64,000 bases of DNA from Gammaproteobacteria bacterium (lineage in GTDB: Bacteria; Pseudomonadota; Gammaproteobacteria; Ga0077536). The notes beneath the pieces were generated by a model, which saw nothing but the letters and a program-made list of their open reading frames with translations, was not told where the DNA came from and ran no database searches. The DNA lies in the NCBI GenBank assembly GCA_023257255.1, contig JALRCR010000001.1:266-64265 (forward strand), in the 5' to 3' direction. The position numbers and the translations under genes are program-made. Below, one piece after another: positions 1-11,771 of this stretch; positions within the stretch are counted from its first letter, which is position 1; each line of letters begins with the position of its first letter.

Positions 1-1
1 C

Positions 2-148
2 GCCACCTGCGATCGGGTGAAAGCGCGCGGCGGTAAAGTGGTGCGCGAAGCCGGCCCGATGAAGGGCGGTAAGACCGTCATTGCCTTCCTTGAGGACCCG
101 GATGGCTACAAGGTTGAGATCCTGCAGGACGAGCCCAACGTCGGCTAA
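2..148 (+). CDS. gloA: Lactoylglutathione lyase (glyoxalase I), C-terminal fragment; 5' end outside window
   Basis: Frame 2 reads ATCDRVKARGGKVVREAGPMKGGKTVIAFLEDPDGYKVEILQDEPNVG and ends at TAA 146-148. It resembles the E. coli GloA C-terminus as I recall it ([26 protein letters not shown]). Confidence 0.7.
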   Translation, partial: ATCDRVKARGGKVVREAGPMKGGKTVIAFLEDPDGYKVEILQDEPNVG

Positions 149-280
149 TTACGGTCCGGCGCGCCTTGCGGGCGGCGCCGGGCTTTGTGCTACAGTGCCG
201 GCGGTTTTTCCCGCCGCACTGCACTGCAATCTCTCTGTGTGCCCGCCAACCCGGGCGCGATGCTGATGGAGAACGTCCCG

Positions 281-895
281 ATGAAACAGCAAGTCATGAG
301 CAAGATTTTCCTTATTCTGTGCGTCCTGTTTGGCGCGAGCGCGGCGCAGGCCGAGGGCGATGCGCAACAAATCGTGCAGACCACCACCGCCGAGGTGATG
401 GCGCGGGTGAGAGCCGAGAAAGACACGCTACGCGCGCAGCCCGCGAAAATGTATTCGCTGGTCTCGGAGATGATTTTTCCGCACTTCGATTTCGCGATCA
501 TGTCGCAGTTCGTGCTGGGCGCGACCTGGAAAACCACGCCGCCCGAGAAGCAGGCGGCCTTCGTCGAACAGTTCCGCCGCCTGCTGGTGCGTACTTACGC
601 TACCGCGCTGCTCGAATACTCCGACCAGCGGGTGGAATATCCGCCGTCGCCGGCGGCCAATAATCCGAAAACCGCCACCGTCCGTCAGGACATCGTGCAG
701 ACCGTGGGCAAAGTCCTGCCCATCGTTTACCGCCTGCACAACAAGACTGGCGAGTGGAAAGTGTTTGACGTTGAAGTTGACGGCATCAGTCTGGTCAAGA
801 CCTTCAAGTCTTCGTTCGCGCAGATTCTCACCGACGGCGGCATCGACAAGCTGCTGGAAAATCTGACCTCCAAAAACAAGGACCTCGGCGCCTGA
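281..895 (+). CDS. mlaC: MlaC/Ttg2D-family periplasmic phospholipid-binding protein
   Basis: The ORF at 185..895 is trimmed to ATG 281 (MKQQVMSKIFLILCVLFGASAAQA signal peptide). Sequence is MlaC-like (MYSLVSEMIFPHFDFAIMSQFVLG, YRLHNKTGEWKVFDVEVDGISLV). It sits upstream of ibaG-murA, as in the mla locus of other gammaproteobacteria. Confidence 0.8.
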   Translation: MKQQVMSKIFLILCVLFGASAAQAEGDAQQIVQTTTAEVMARVRAEKDTLRAQPAKMYSLVSEMIFPHFDFAIMSQFVLGATWKTTPPEKQAAFVEQFRRLLVRTYATALLEYSDQRVEYPPSPAANNPKTATVRQDIVQTVGKVLPIVYRLHNKTGEWKVFDVEVDGISLVKTFKSSFAQILTDGGIDKLLENLTSKNKDLGA

Positions 896-931
896 GGCGC
901 CGGGCTCATCGATAAGGCGCCGAACACGCTC

Positions 932-1189
932 ATGCGTAAAGAAGAGATCAAGACGCTGCTGGAAGCCGGCCTCGCCGGCGCGGAAGTGGCGGTGGATGGC
1001 GACGACGGCGTGCATTTCGCTGCCCGCGTGGTCTATCCGGGCTTTGGTGGACTGAATCCGGTCAAGCGTCACCAGTTGGTGTACCGCGCGCTGGGCGACC
1101 GCATGCAACAGGCCATCCACGCGCTGTCCTTGCAGACTTTCACCCCTGAAGAATGGGAACGCCAGAAGCCCTTCGCGAATCTCCAGTAG
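932..1189 (+). CDS. ibaG: BolA-family protein IbaG (YrbA)
   Basis: 85 aa with BolA-like sequence (VDGDDGVHFAARVVYPGFGGLNPVKRHQLVYRALGDRMQQAIHALSLQTFTPEEW). It lies immediately upstream of murA, the conserved ibaG position. Confidence 0.8.
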   Translation: MRKEEIKTLLEAGLAGAEVAVDGDDGVHFAARVVYPGFGGLNPVKRHQLVYRALGDRMQQAIHALSLQTFTPEEWERQKPFANLQ

Positions 1190-2458
<1,269 letters not shown>

Positions 2459-2489
2459 GCGGGCCGGCCGCAGTTGGGCGCTAATCGCC

Positions 2490-3158
2490 ATGAACCATCT
2501 CTCGAATAGCGACCAGCTGATTGTCGCGGTCTCCAAGGGACGCATCCTCAAGGACGCGCTGCCCTTGCTGGCCAAAGTCGGCGTGACGCCGCTAGAAGAT
2601 CCGGGCGTCTCGCGCAAGCTCATTCTGGAGACCACCGACCCCGCCATTCGACTCGTGGTGGTGCGCGCCAGCGACGTGCCGACCTACGTTGAATACGGTG
2701 CTGCCGATGTCGGTGTCGCCGGCAAAGACACGCTGCTGGAATATGAGGGTGACGGCTACTACGAGCCGCTGGACCTCAAGATTGCCCGCTGCCGCTTGAT
2801 GGTCGCAGGGCCGGTAGCGCCCGGCGCGCCGCCTGCCCGCCTGCGCGTGGCCACCAAATACGAACACATTACCCGTCGCTGGTACGCCGAGCAGGGAGTG
2901 CAGGTCGAAGTCATCAAACTGTACGGCTCGATGGAACTTGCGCCGCTGGTGGGACTCGCGGACCGCATCGTCGATTTGGTGGACACCGGGAATACCCTGA
3001 AGGCCAACGGCCTTGCGCCGCTTGAGCACCTTTGCGACATCAGTTCGCGCCTGATCGTGAACAAGGCCTCGATGAAGACCAAACATGCCCGGGTCACGGC
3101 CTTGATCGGTGCGCTGGCGGAGGCCGTAGGCGAAAGCTCACCGTGGTCGAACCCATGA
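2490..3158 (+). CDS. hisG: ATP phosphoribosyltransferase, short (HisZ-dependent) form
   Basis: 222 aa. [18 protein letters not shown] and [24 protein letters not shown] are HisG-like. The stop overlaps the hisD start (ATGA at 3155-3158). Confidence 0.93.
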   Translation: MNHLSNSDQLIVAVSKGRILKDALPLLAKVGVTPLEDPGVSRKLILETTDPAIRLVVVRASDVPTYVEYGAADVGVAGKDTLLEYEGDGYYEPLDLKIARCRLMVAGPVAPGAPPARLRVATKYEHITRRWYAEQGVQVEVIKLYGSMELAPLVGLADRIVDLVDTGNTLKANGLAPLEHLCDISSRLIVNKASMKTKHARVTALIGALAEAVGESSPWSNP

Positions 3159-4465
3159 GCCGGCCACTGGCGCGACTGTCGACCAGCGCTGCCGACTTCG
3201 ACCAGCGCCTGCGCGAGTTGCTGGCCTTTGATCAGGACACCGATGCGGCCGTACAGGGCACGGTGCGTGAGATTCTGGCGGCCGTCCGCACCCGCGGCGA
3301 CGCTGCCTTGCTGGAATACACCAACCGCTTCGACCAGCGCGCGCTGACTAGCGCTGCCGAGCTTGAAGTGCACGATCTGGACCGTTTTCGCGCTCAGGTT
3401 CCCACCGACGTGTTGGCCGCGCTGTCCGCTGCGGCCGAACGGATTCGCGATTACCACCAGCGCCAGCGGCAAGTCTCCTGGGAATACACGGACGGCGATG
3501 GCACCGTCCTGGGACAGCAAATCACGCCGCTCGATCGGGCGGGGGTTTACGTGCCGGGCGGCAAGGCGGCCTATCCGTCCTCTGTGTTGATGAATGTGAT
3601 GCCGGCCAAGGTGGCAGGCGTACGCGAAGTGATCATGGTGGTGCCCGCCCCTCAGGGTCTGATTGAGCCGGTGGTGCTGGCGGCGGCCGCGATCGCCGGC
3701 GTAGACCGGGTGTTCTCTATTGGCGGCGCCCAGGCCGTCGCCGCGCTGGCCTATGGCACGGCGACGGTGCCGGCGGTCGACAAAATTGTCGGCCCCGGGA
3801 ATATCTACGTGGCAACGGCCAAAGCGCAGGTGTTTGGCCGCGTCGGCATCGACATGATCGCAGGGCCGTCGGAAATCCTGATCGTCTGCGACGGCGGTAC
3901 CGACCCGGACTGGGTGGCGATGGACCTTTTTTCGCAAGCCGAGCACGACGAACAGGCGCAGTCCATTCTGATTTGTCCGGATGCCGCATTTCTGGACCAG
4001 GTGGAGGCCAGCATCCGGCGTCTGCTGCCGGGTATGGAACGCGCTGCAATCATCGCCGAATCGCTGGCGCGCCGCGGCGCTTTGATTGACGTGCGCGACC
4101 TCGATGAAGCGGTTGAACTCATCAATCGCATCGCGCCCGAACATCTTGAACTCTCGGTCGCCGAGCCTCGGCAACTGCTGCCGGGTATCCGGCACGCCGG
4201 GGCCATTTTTATGGGGCGCTATGCCAACGAACCGCTGGGCGATTACTGCGCAGGGCCTAATCACGTGCTGCCGACTGCCGGCACCGCGCGCTTTTCTTCG
4301 CCCCTCGGGGTCTACGATTTTCAGAAGCGCTCGTCGATTATCGAGCCTTCAGCCGACGCCGCCGGGCGTCTGGGACTGCTTGCCTCCACGCTCGCGCGGG
4401 CCGAAGGCTTAACTGCTCATGCGCGTTCGGCCGAGTTTCGGATCAGACCCGACCAGAAGGCCTGA
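3155..4465 (+). CDS. hisD: Histidinol dehydrogenase
   Basis: The ORF at 3032..4465 is trimmed to ATG 3155, giving 436 aa. [21 protein letters not shown] and [20 protein letters not shown] are HisD-like. Confidence 0.95.
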   Translation: MSRPLARLSTSAADFDQRLRELLAFDQDTDAAVQGTVREILAAVRTRGDAALLEYTNRFDQRALTSAAELEVHDLDRFRAQVPTDVLAALSAAAERIRDYHQRQRQVSWEYTDGDGTVLGQQITPLDRAGVYVPGGKAAYPSSVLMNVMPAKVAGVREVIMVVPAPQGLIEPVVLAAAAIAGVDRVFSIGGAQAVAALAYGTATVPAVDKIVGPGNIYVATAKAQVFGRVGIDMIAGPSEILIVCDGGTDPDWVAMDLFSQAEHDEQAQSILICPDAAFLDQVEASIRRLLPGMERAAIIAESLARRGALIDVRDLDEAVELINRIAPEHLELSVAEPRQLLPGIRHAGAIFMGRYANEPLGDYCAGPNHVLPTAGTARFSSPLGVYDFQKRSSIIEPSADAAGRLGLLASTLARAEGLTAHARSAEFRIRPDQKA

Positions 4466-4479
4466 GACCCGTCTGTCGA

Positions 4480-4512
4480 AGCCCGCAACGGCGGGCTGTC
4501 AGCCAATTTTTT
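4480..4512 (+). terminator. Possible terminator after hisD
   Basis: Hairpin AGCCCGC-aacg-GCGGGCT (4480-4497). A T6 run follows only after a 9-nt gap, so the geometry is non-canonical. Confidence 0.35.
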
Positions 4513-4665
4513 GATGCTATACTCGCCGACGATCCGCGCCGTGCTGGATACGGTCTTCCGTGCCTGTCGGGTATCGATGACGTCGCAGATCCGCTTTGAG
4601 TCAAGACGGGGCCGCCGCCAGCCAACGCTGCGGGGGTTGCCCAGCAACAGGAGACTTTTCAGACC

Positions 4666-5265
4666 ATGAGTGACGACGCCGTCGATCCTCGCAGACGCCG
4701 CTTTCTCACCGGCACGACAGTCGTGATCGGGGGAATTGGCGCTGCTTTCACCGCCGTGCCCTTTCTGTCTTCCTTCCAGCCGAGCGCGAAAGCCAAAGCC
4801 ATCGGCGCGCCGGTTGAAGTGGACATCAGCAAACTCGAACCCGGTCAACGCGTGGTCCAGAAATGGCGCGGCAAACCGGTGTGGGTGGTACGCCGCACCC
4901 CCGAGATGCTGGAAAATCTGAAAAGTTTCGACGCCAGCGCGCTGCGCGATCCGAAGTCCGAAAAGTCCGAACAGCCGGAGTACGCCAAGAATGACTGGCG
5001 CTCCGACAAGCCCGAATACCTGGTGCTGGTCGGCATCTGCACCCATTTGGGTTGCTCGCCGAGCTTCATACCCGAAGCAGGTGCCCCTGAAGTCGGTGCG
5101 ACCTGGAAGGGCGGCTTTTTCTGCCCCTGCCACGGCTCGAAGTTCGACCTCGCAGGCCGGGTGTACGCCGGGGTGCCGGCACCATCCAATATGGTGGTAC
5201 CGCCGTACCGCTTCCTCACCGACACCAAACTGATTGTGGGTGAAGACAAAGGAGCTGCGGCATGA
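4666..5265 (+). CDS. petA: Ubiquinol-cytochrome c reductase Rieske iron-sulfur subunit
   Basis: 199 aa with a Tat motif (RRRRFL) and the Rieske boxes CTHLGC and CPCHGS. Confidence 0.93.
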   Translation: MSDDAVDPRRRRFLTGTTVVIGGIGAAFTAVPFLSSFQPSAKAKAIGAPVEVDISKLEPGQRVVQKWRGKPVWVVRRTPEMLENLKSFDASALRDPKSEKSEQPEYAKNDWRSDKPEYLVLVGICTHLGCSPSFIPEAGAPEVGATWKGGFFCPCHGSKFDLAGRVYAGVPAPSNMVVPPYRFLTDTKLIVGEDKGAAA

Positions 5266-6506
5266 GCAACAAACTGACAGCCTTGCGTGACTGGGTCGAC
5301 GACCGCTTCCCGCTGATGACGCTGTGGAACGACCACCTCGCCAAGTACTACGCCCCGAAGAATTTCAACTTCTGGTACTACTTCGGCGCCCTGTCGCTGG
5401 TGGTGTTCGTAATCCAGATCCTCACCGGGATCTGGCTGGTGATGAACTACAAGCCGGACGCCACACTGGCCTTCGGCTCCGTCGAATACATCATGCGCGA
5501 TGTCGACTGGGGCTGGTTGATTCGCTACATGCATTCAACCGGCGCGTCGATGTTCTTCGTGGTGATCTATCTGCACATGATGCGGGCATTGCTGTACGGC
5601 TCGTACAAGCAACCCCGGGAACTGGTGTGGATCCTCGGCATGTGCCTTTACCTTGCGCTGATGGCGGAAGCCTTCATGGGCTACTTGCTGCCCTGGGGTC
5701 AGATGTCTTTCTGGGGCGCACAGGTGATCATCTCGCTGTTTGGCGCTATCCCGGTGATTGGCGGCACGCTGGCGGAATGGATTCGCGGCGACTACGTGGT
5801 GTCCGACATCACCCTCAATCGCTTCTTCTCGCTGCACGTCATTGCGCTGCCTTTCGCGATCGCCGGGCTGGTGTTCCTCCACATCATCGCCTTGCATGAA
5901 GTGGGCTCCAACAACCCCGACGGCGTTGACATCAAGAAGAAGAAAGATGCCGACGGCAAGCCGCTCGACGGGATCCCCTTCCACCCGTACTACACGGTGA
6001 AGGATCTGGTAGGCCTGACCGTCTTCCTCATGATCTTCTCGGCAGTCGTCTTCTTCGGGCCGGAAATGGGTGGCTATTTCCTGGAAGCGAATAACTTCAT
6101 TCCCGCCAACCCCATGAGCACGCCGCAGCACATCGCGCCGGTGTGGTACTTCACGCCCTACTACTCAATCCTTCGCGCCAACACCATCAATTTCCTGTGG
6201 ATTGATGCCAAGGTGTGGGGGGTGGTTTTCATGGGCCTCGGCGTCTTGTCGTTCTTCTTCCTGCCCTGGCTGGACCGCAGCCCGGTAAAGTCCATCCGCT
6301 ATCGCGGTGTGCTGTACAAGGGCGCGCTCAGCATCTTTGTGGTGTGCTTCCTGATCCTGGGCTATCTGGGTCTGTTGCCGCCGACGGAAGGCCGGACGCT
6401 GGTTGCGCAGATTTGCACCGTAACCTACTTCCTGTTTTTCCTGCTGATGCCGATTTACACCAAATTAGACAAGACCAAGCCGGTTCCGGAACGGGTGACG
6501 ATGTGA
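5262..6506 (+). CDS. petB: Cytochrome b of the bc1 complex
   Basis: 414 aa polytopic protein. NFNFWYYFGAL, RYMHSTGASMFF and APVWYFTPYYSILR are cytochrome b-like. Its start overlaps the petA stop. Confidence 0.95.
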   Translation: MSNKLTALRDWVDDRFPLMTLWNDHLAKYYAPKNFNFWYYFGALSLVVFVIQILTGIWLVMNYKPDATLAFGSVEYIMRDVDWGWLIRYMHSTGASMFFVVIYLHMMRALLYGSYKQPRELVWILGMCLYLALMAEAFMGYLLPWGQMSFWGAQVIISLFGAIPVIGGTLAEWIRGDYVVSDITLNRFFSLHVIALPFAIAGLVFLHIIALHEVGSNNPDGVDIKKKKDADGKPLDGIPFHPYYTVKDLVGLTVFLMIFSAVVFFGPEMGGYFLEANNFIPANPMSTPQHIAPVWYFTPYYSILRANTINFLWIDAKVWGVVFMGLGVLSFFFLPWLDRSPVKSIRYRGVLYKGALSIFVVCFLILGYLGLLPPTEGRTLVAQICTVTYFLFFLLMPIYTKLDKTKPVPERVTM

Positions 6507-7246
6507 TGCGTACCTTGCTCGCAACTATTTTTTTGGCGGCCTTTACCCAGTTTGCCGTGGCAAGCGAGTCAGGCCTGAAGTTAATGAACGCAAAAGTCGA
6601 TCTGCACGACAAGGCCTCCCTGCAACGGGGCGCCAAGATGTTCGTGAACTACTGCGTCAGCTGCCACTCGGCGCAGTACATGCGCTACAACCGCGTGGCG
6701 GCGGATCTGGGCATCCCCGAAGACGTCATGAAGGCTAATCTGATGTTCACCACCGACAAGGTCGGTGAACCCATGACCGTCGCCATGCGCCCGGAAGACG
6801 GCGAGACCTGGTTTGGGGTTGCGCCGCCGGATCTGTCGGTGGTGGCCCGCTCCCGGGGCGCCGACTGGCTATACAGCTACCTTAACGGGTTCTATGTCGA
6901 TGCCACCCGTGCTTCCGGCGTCAACAATCTGTATTTCCCGGGCGCGGCCATGCCGCACGTGCTGTGGGAACTTCAGGGCCTGAAGCGGGCAGTGTTCGCC
7001 ACCGAAACCACGCATGACGGCGCGACTCATCAGGTCTTTGAGCGCTTCGAGACCGCACGCCCAGGCGTGCTGAACGAAGTCGAATACCAGCGCGCGACGC
7101 GCGATTTGGTGAACTTCATGGTCTACGTTGGTGAGCCCGCCAAGCTGGTTCGCTATGCGCTGGGCATCAAAGTCATTGGTTTCCTCTGCATTTTCTTCAT
7201 TGCTGCGTATCTCCTGAAACGCGAGTACTGGAAAGACGTACATTGA
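6506..7246 (+). CDS. petC: Cytochrome c1
   Basis: The ORF at 6215..7246 is trimmed to ATG 6506, which overlaps the petB TGA. It has a signal peptide (MRTLLATIFLAAFTQFAVA), the heme motif CVSCHS and a C-terminal TM anchor. Confidence 0.9.
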   Translation: MRTLLATIFLAAFTQFAVASESGLKLMNAKVDLHDKASLQRGAKMFVNYCVSCHSAQYMRYNRVAADLGIPEDVMKANLMFTTDKVGEPMTVAMRPEDGETWFGVAPPDLSVVARSRGADWLYSYLNGFYVDATRASGVNNLYFPGAAMPHVLWELQGLKRAVFATETTHDGATHQVFERFETARPGVLNEVEYQRATRDLVNFMVYVGEPAKLVRYALGIKVIGFLCIFFIAAYLLKREYWKDVH

Positions 7247-7247
7247 G

Positions 7248-7871
7248 ATGACGTCTACGGCAAACCGGCGGTCAGGACTCACGCTTTATGTGGACGCCGC
7301 CGATCTTGCCGGGCACGCCGTCCGTCTGGTGCTGGCGGAAAAATCGCTAAGCGCCGACATCCACTACGTCACGCCGGAAACCTGTCCGGAAGACCTGTAC
7401 GCGCTCAATCCCTACCACCAGATCCTGACGCTGCTCGACCGGGAATTGGTGCTCTATGACCAGCCCATCATGCTGGAGTATCTGGATGAGCGTTACCCGC
7501 ATCCGCCCTTGATGCCTACCGATCCCATGTCCCGCGCCAACAACCGACAACTGCGCGGGCGCATCAGCCGGGAGCTGCTGGAGGCGACGGGGGGATTCAA
7601 AGGCGGGACCGCTGCGGTGAATCAGGCTCGGCGGGTGATCAGCGACAATCTCCACGCGATTGCGCCCATCTTTTCGCACCGCAAATTCTTCATGTCAGAC
7701 GAATTCTCGCTCGCGGACTGCTGCCTTGCGCCGCTGCTGTGGCGTTTGCCGGTCTATGGCGTAAGTCTGGCGCCCGAGGCCAAGCCGCTAGCCCGCTATG
7801 CCGACGCCATTTTTTCGCGCCCTGCGTTCCGCCACAGCCTGTCCGCCGTGGAACGCACGATGCGGGCCTGA
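7248..7871 (+). CDS. sspA: Stringent starvation protein A (GST-like)
   Basis: 207 aa GST fold (LNPYHQILTLLDRELVLYDQPIMLEYLDERYPHPPLMP), followed by sspB. Confidence 0.9.
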   Translation: MTSTANRRSGLTLYVDAADLAGHAVRLVLAEKSLSADIHYVTPETCPEDLYALNPYHQILTLLDRELVLYDQPIMLEYLDERYPHPPLMPTDPMSRANNRQLRGRISRELLEATGGFKGGTAAVNQARRVISDNLHAIAPIFSHRKFFMSDEFSLADCCLAPLLWRLPVYGVSLAPEAKPLARYADAIFSRPAFRHSLSAVERTMRA

Positions 7872-7876
7872 CTGCC

Positions 7877-8299
7877 ATGACCGAGCCAACCGGCATGTCG
7901 CCGACCAAACCCTATCTGCTCCGTGCGATCTACGAATGGATCGTCGATAACGGGATGACCCCGCATCTGTTGGTCAACACGGAAGATCCACAGGTCCGCG
8001 TGCCCACGCAGTTCGTCAAGGACAACAGCATCGTGCTCAATATTTCGCCGGGGGCGGTGCGTGATCTGCTGTTGCGGAATGACTTCATCAGCTTCAGCGC
8101 CCGCTTTGGCGGCGTGCCGCATGAGGTTCTGGTGCCACTCAGCGCGGCCCGCATGATTTACGCGCGGGAGAACGGGCAAGGCATGACGCTACCCGACAAC
8201 GCGCCGGCCGGCGTTGAAGCAGGTGCCCAACCGCCGGAGCCACCGCCTTCGGGCGGCGGTGCGCCACCCAAAGGCGCTCATCTGCGCCGGGTCAAGTAG
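7877..8299 (+). CDS. sspB: ClpXP adaptor / stringent starvation protein B
   Basis: The ORF at 7739..8299 is trimmed to ATG 7877. PYLLRAIYEWIVDNGMTPHLLV is the classic SspB N-terminus. A Pro/Gly-rich linker and a C-terminal LRRVK tail follow. Confidence 0.9.
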   Translation: MTEPTGMSPTKPYLLRAIYEWIVDNGMTPHLLVNTEDPQVRVPTQFVKDNSIVLNISPGAVRDLLLRNDFISFSARFGGVPHEVLVPLSAARMIYARENGQGMTLPDNAPAGVEAGAQPPEPPPSGGGAPPKGAHLRRVK

Positions 8300-8305
8300 G
8301 GGCGC

Positions 8306-9528
<1,223 letters not shown>

Positions 9529-9557
9529 TCACCTGACTGCCTGCGGAGCGAGGTCGA

Positions 9558-9929
9558 TTATGCCGTAAACGCGGCCTTGATCCATGCGATACGACAACTC
9601 TCGCCGACGCCCTCGATCCCCACCACATCGAAGCGACAAGGGCGAGTCCCCTGCGCCGGGTTGCGCTGTAACCAGCAGGCCGCAGCGTGCAGGACGCGCC
9701 GCTGTTTGCTTGCGGTAACGCTTTCAAGCGCGCCCACGAAACGGTTGCTGGCGCGAAACCGAACCTCGACGAAGACCAGCGCCGGTCCATCTTCCATGAT
9801 GAGGTCGAGCTCCCCGCCGCGGGCCGTGAAATTGCGGGCCAGTGGCCGCAGGCCTTGCGCCACCAACCAATGCTCGGCCTGTATTTCGTAGGTTTTACCG
9901 CGGAGTCGGGTGTTCAGCGCCTTCAGCAT
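9558..9929 (-). CDS. yraN: YraN-family (UPF0102) endonuclease-like protein
   Basis: The ORF at 9558..9980 is trimmed to the MLKALN start, giving 123 aa. GELDLIMEDGPALVFVEVRFR and RFDVVGI are YraN hallmarks. The upstream ATG at 9980 remains possible. Confidence 0.78.
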   Translation of the reverse strand: MLKALNTRLRGKTYEIQAEHWLVAQGLRPLARNFTARGGELDLIMEDGPALVFVEVRFRASNRFVGALESVTASKQRRVLHAAACWLQRNPAQGTRPCRFDVVGIEGVGESCRIAWIKAAFTA

Positions 9930-9937
9930 GGCCGGGC

Positions 9938-11761
9938 TTAGGGCAGCAGTCGCGCTTGGCCGCCCGAGAACTGCGCCCACGCCAGACGGCGGTGAATCAT
10001 GCCTTGCTCATCGCTCCACAGTTCGCCCGTCAGACCCGACAGGCTTTGTGCCGGATTGCCCCGCAGCTGACGCAGCTGGCCGACCAGTCGCCAGGCATCG
10101 GCGCCGAAAGCAAACAAGCGCTGCTCGGCCGGGGGCATTTTCCAGTACTTGCGCGCGGCGGCGTGGAGGGCGGCATCGCCCTGCGCCAGCGTCCATGGCG
10201 TATCGCCAAACATCACGCCGTCCAGATCCTTGTCAGCCCGGGCGTTAGCAGTCCCCTCATGGATGAGCGACGTGGCGTAGATGGCGACCGCGTCGGTTCC
10301 AAAGTACCGAAACTGGGGCAGGATTTGCCGAGCGTCGACTGGTTCGGCAGCCATGATCACGGCGTCGACGTCGTCGCGTGTTTGCATGTCAAAGGCAACC
10401 GCGCGCCCGAGCAGCCGCTGGAGCGCGCTCGCGCGCGTCTGGCTTTCGCTCAGGCCGAACAAGCGTTTCACCGATTCGCCGTAGGAGCCGACGTTCCGGT
10501 TGAAGCGTGCCGAGCCCAGCACCTCGCCGCCAAGCGCTTGCCAGCGCGCTTCGAAGGCCCCCAGTAGCCGGGTGCCCAGATCGGTATTGGGCACCAGCAC
10601 CACCGGGCGCCGGCGGTTCTCGCGCCATGCGCGGTCGGCGGCGTCGATGACTTCATCTTCCGGTCGCAGGCCGAACTGGTAGAAGTCGGGCCCTGCGGTG
10701 ACTTTTCCCTCGCTCGCGTTGAGCGCCAGCACCGGTACCTTCAATGCGGCCTGCGCCCGGAGGGCTTCCACCGCGGATTTTTCCAGTGGGCCGACGATGA
10801 AGTCAGCGCCTTCCTGCAATGCGCGTTCGACAACGGCCGGCAGCGTTGCGGGTGTGGTGGCATAGCAAACAACCTTGGCCTGTTCGCCGTTCGTAAGGTC
10901 CTGAAAGCGGGCGGCCAGAAAGCCGTCCTGAATGGCGCGCGCCACCCGGCCGAGTTTGCCTTCAAAAGGCAGCAGCAGCGCGATGCGTCGCGGTGCGGTC
11001 GAGTGTGGCGCCTCTTCGGCTTGTTCCAGCAGTTCATCAACCAGCAGCAGATGCGCCGGATGCGTCGGAAACCGGCTTTGCCAGTCGGTGAGCGCGGTGG
11101 TAAACGCGGTCCCATGACGCGCCCCGGGGCCGGCCACTTCGAGCAGGGCGAGCCAGCCGGCAGCGTGCGGGGCATCCGGCTTGAGGGTGGTTTTGAGCGC
11201 TTCGGTGTGCGCGCCGTTCAGGGCCTGCCAGATGGCATAGGTCAGGCTGGTTCGACGCTTGGTGGGCAGGGGATAGCGCTCGGCCAGTGTGAGATTGACG
11301 GCCGCAGAGTCGGCGTCCCCGGTGCCAAGTTGCGCGGCGCCGAGCGTGCGGAGGTACAGGCCGCGCGCGTAAGCATTGAAGTTTTTGGTGCCGCTCGCGG
11401 GCAGTGCGCGCAGCGCCTTGGCGGGGTCGTCTGCCTGCAACGCCTGCTGCCCCCGTAAGAGGCCAAGCAGCGCGGGATCCGCGGCCTCAAATTGGCCAGC
11501 AACGGCCTCACCGAGGTCAGCGCGAATGAGTGCCGCCTGCAGTTGCCAGCGCTGCCCGTCGGCGGCAACGCCCATGCGGCTGAAGGCGTCGGCTGCCCCG
11601 GTAAAGTCGCCTTCGGCGAGTTTGGCTTCAGCGCGGGCTACCGGATCTTCCACCGGCGGCGCTGGCGTTGGCGCCGGTTGAGGTTGCGCACACCCGGCGA
11701 GGATAATCAGCAGGCCTAAGCCCCACCCACGCCCTGTCCAGGAAGCCTTGCCAGTCACCAT
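9938..11761 (-). CDS. lpoA: Penicillin-binding protein activator LpoA (LppC family lipoprotein)
   Basis: Lipobox LAGC follows MVTGKASWTGRGWGLGLLIILAGC. The N-terminal half is TPR-like and the C-terminal half resembles a periplasmic-binding fold. It is divergent from rsmI. The start could also be 11773 or 11830. Confidence 0.78.
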   Translation of the reverse strand: MVTGKASWTGRGWGLGLLIILAGCAQPQPAPTPAPPVEDPVARAEAKLAEGDFTGAADAFSRMGVAADGQRWQLQAALIRADLGEAVAGQFEAADPALLGLLRGQQALQADDPAKALRALPASGTKNFNAYARGLYLRTLGAAQLGTGDADSAAVNLTLAERYPLPTKRRTSLTYAIWQALNGAHTEALKTTLKPDAPHAAGWLALLEVAGPGARHGTAFTTALTDWQSRFPTHPAHLLLVDELLEQAEEAPHSTAPRRIALLLPFEGKLGRVARAIQDGFLAARFQDLTNGEQAKVVCYATTPATLPAVVERALQEGADFIVGPLEKSAVEALRAQAALKVPVLALNASEGKVTAGPDFYQFGLRPEDEVIDAADRAWRENRRRPVVLVPNTDLGTRLLGAFEARWQALGGEVLGSARFNRNVGSYGESVKRLFGLSESQTRASALQRLLGRAVAFDMQTRDDVDAVIMAAEPVDARQILPQFRYFGTDAVAIYATSLIHEGTANARADKDLDGVMFGDTPWTLAQGDAALHAAARKYWKMPPAEQRLFAFGADAWRLVGQLRQLRGNPAQSLSGLTGELWSDEQGMIHRRLAWAQFSGGQARLLP

Positions 11762-11771
11762 GTCGCCATTC

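Noticed and set aside
2759-4264. 501-aa minus-strand ORF antisense to hisG/hisD, and similar long antisense ORFs at 428..1417, 11628..12542, 21251..22384, 24045..24959, 25778..26971, 26785..27693, 28430..29704, 45423..46685 and 62747..63802
   Set aside because: Each is fully contained within or antisense to a gene with strong motif support on the other strand. The compositions (R, A, G, P, H rich) look like high-GC frame artefacts.
4513-4665. Candidate promoter or structured leader upstream of petA (TATACT at about 4517)
   Set aside because: There is no convincing -35 element at proper spacing, and I recognise no riboswitch or leader motif. It was left unannotated.
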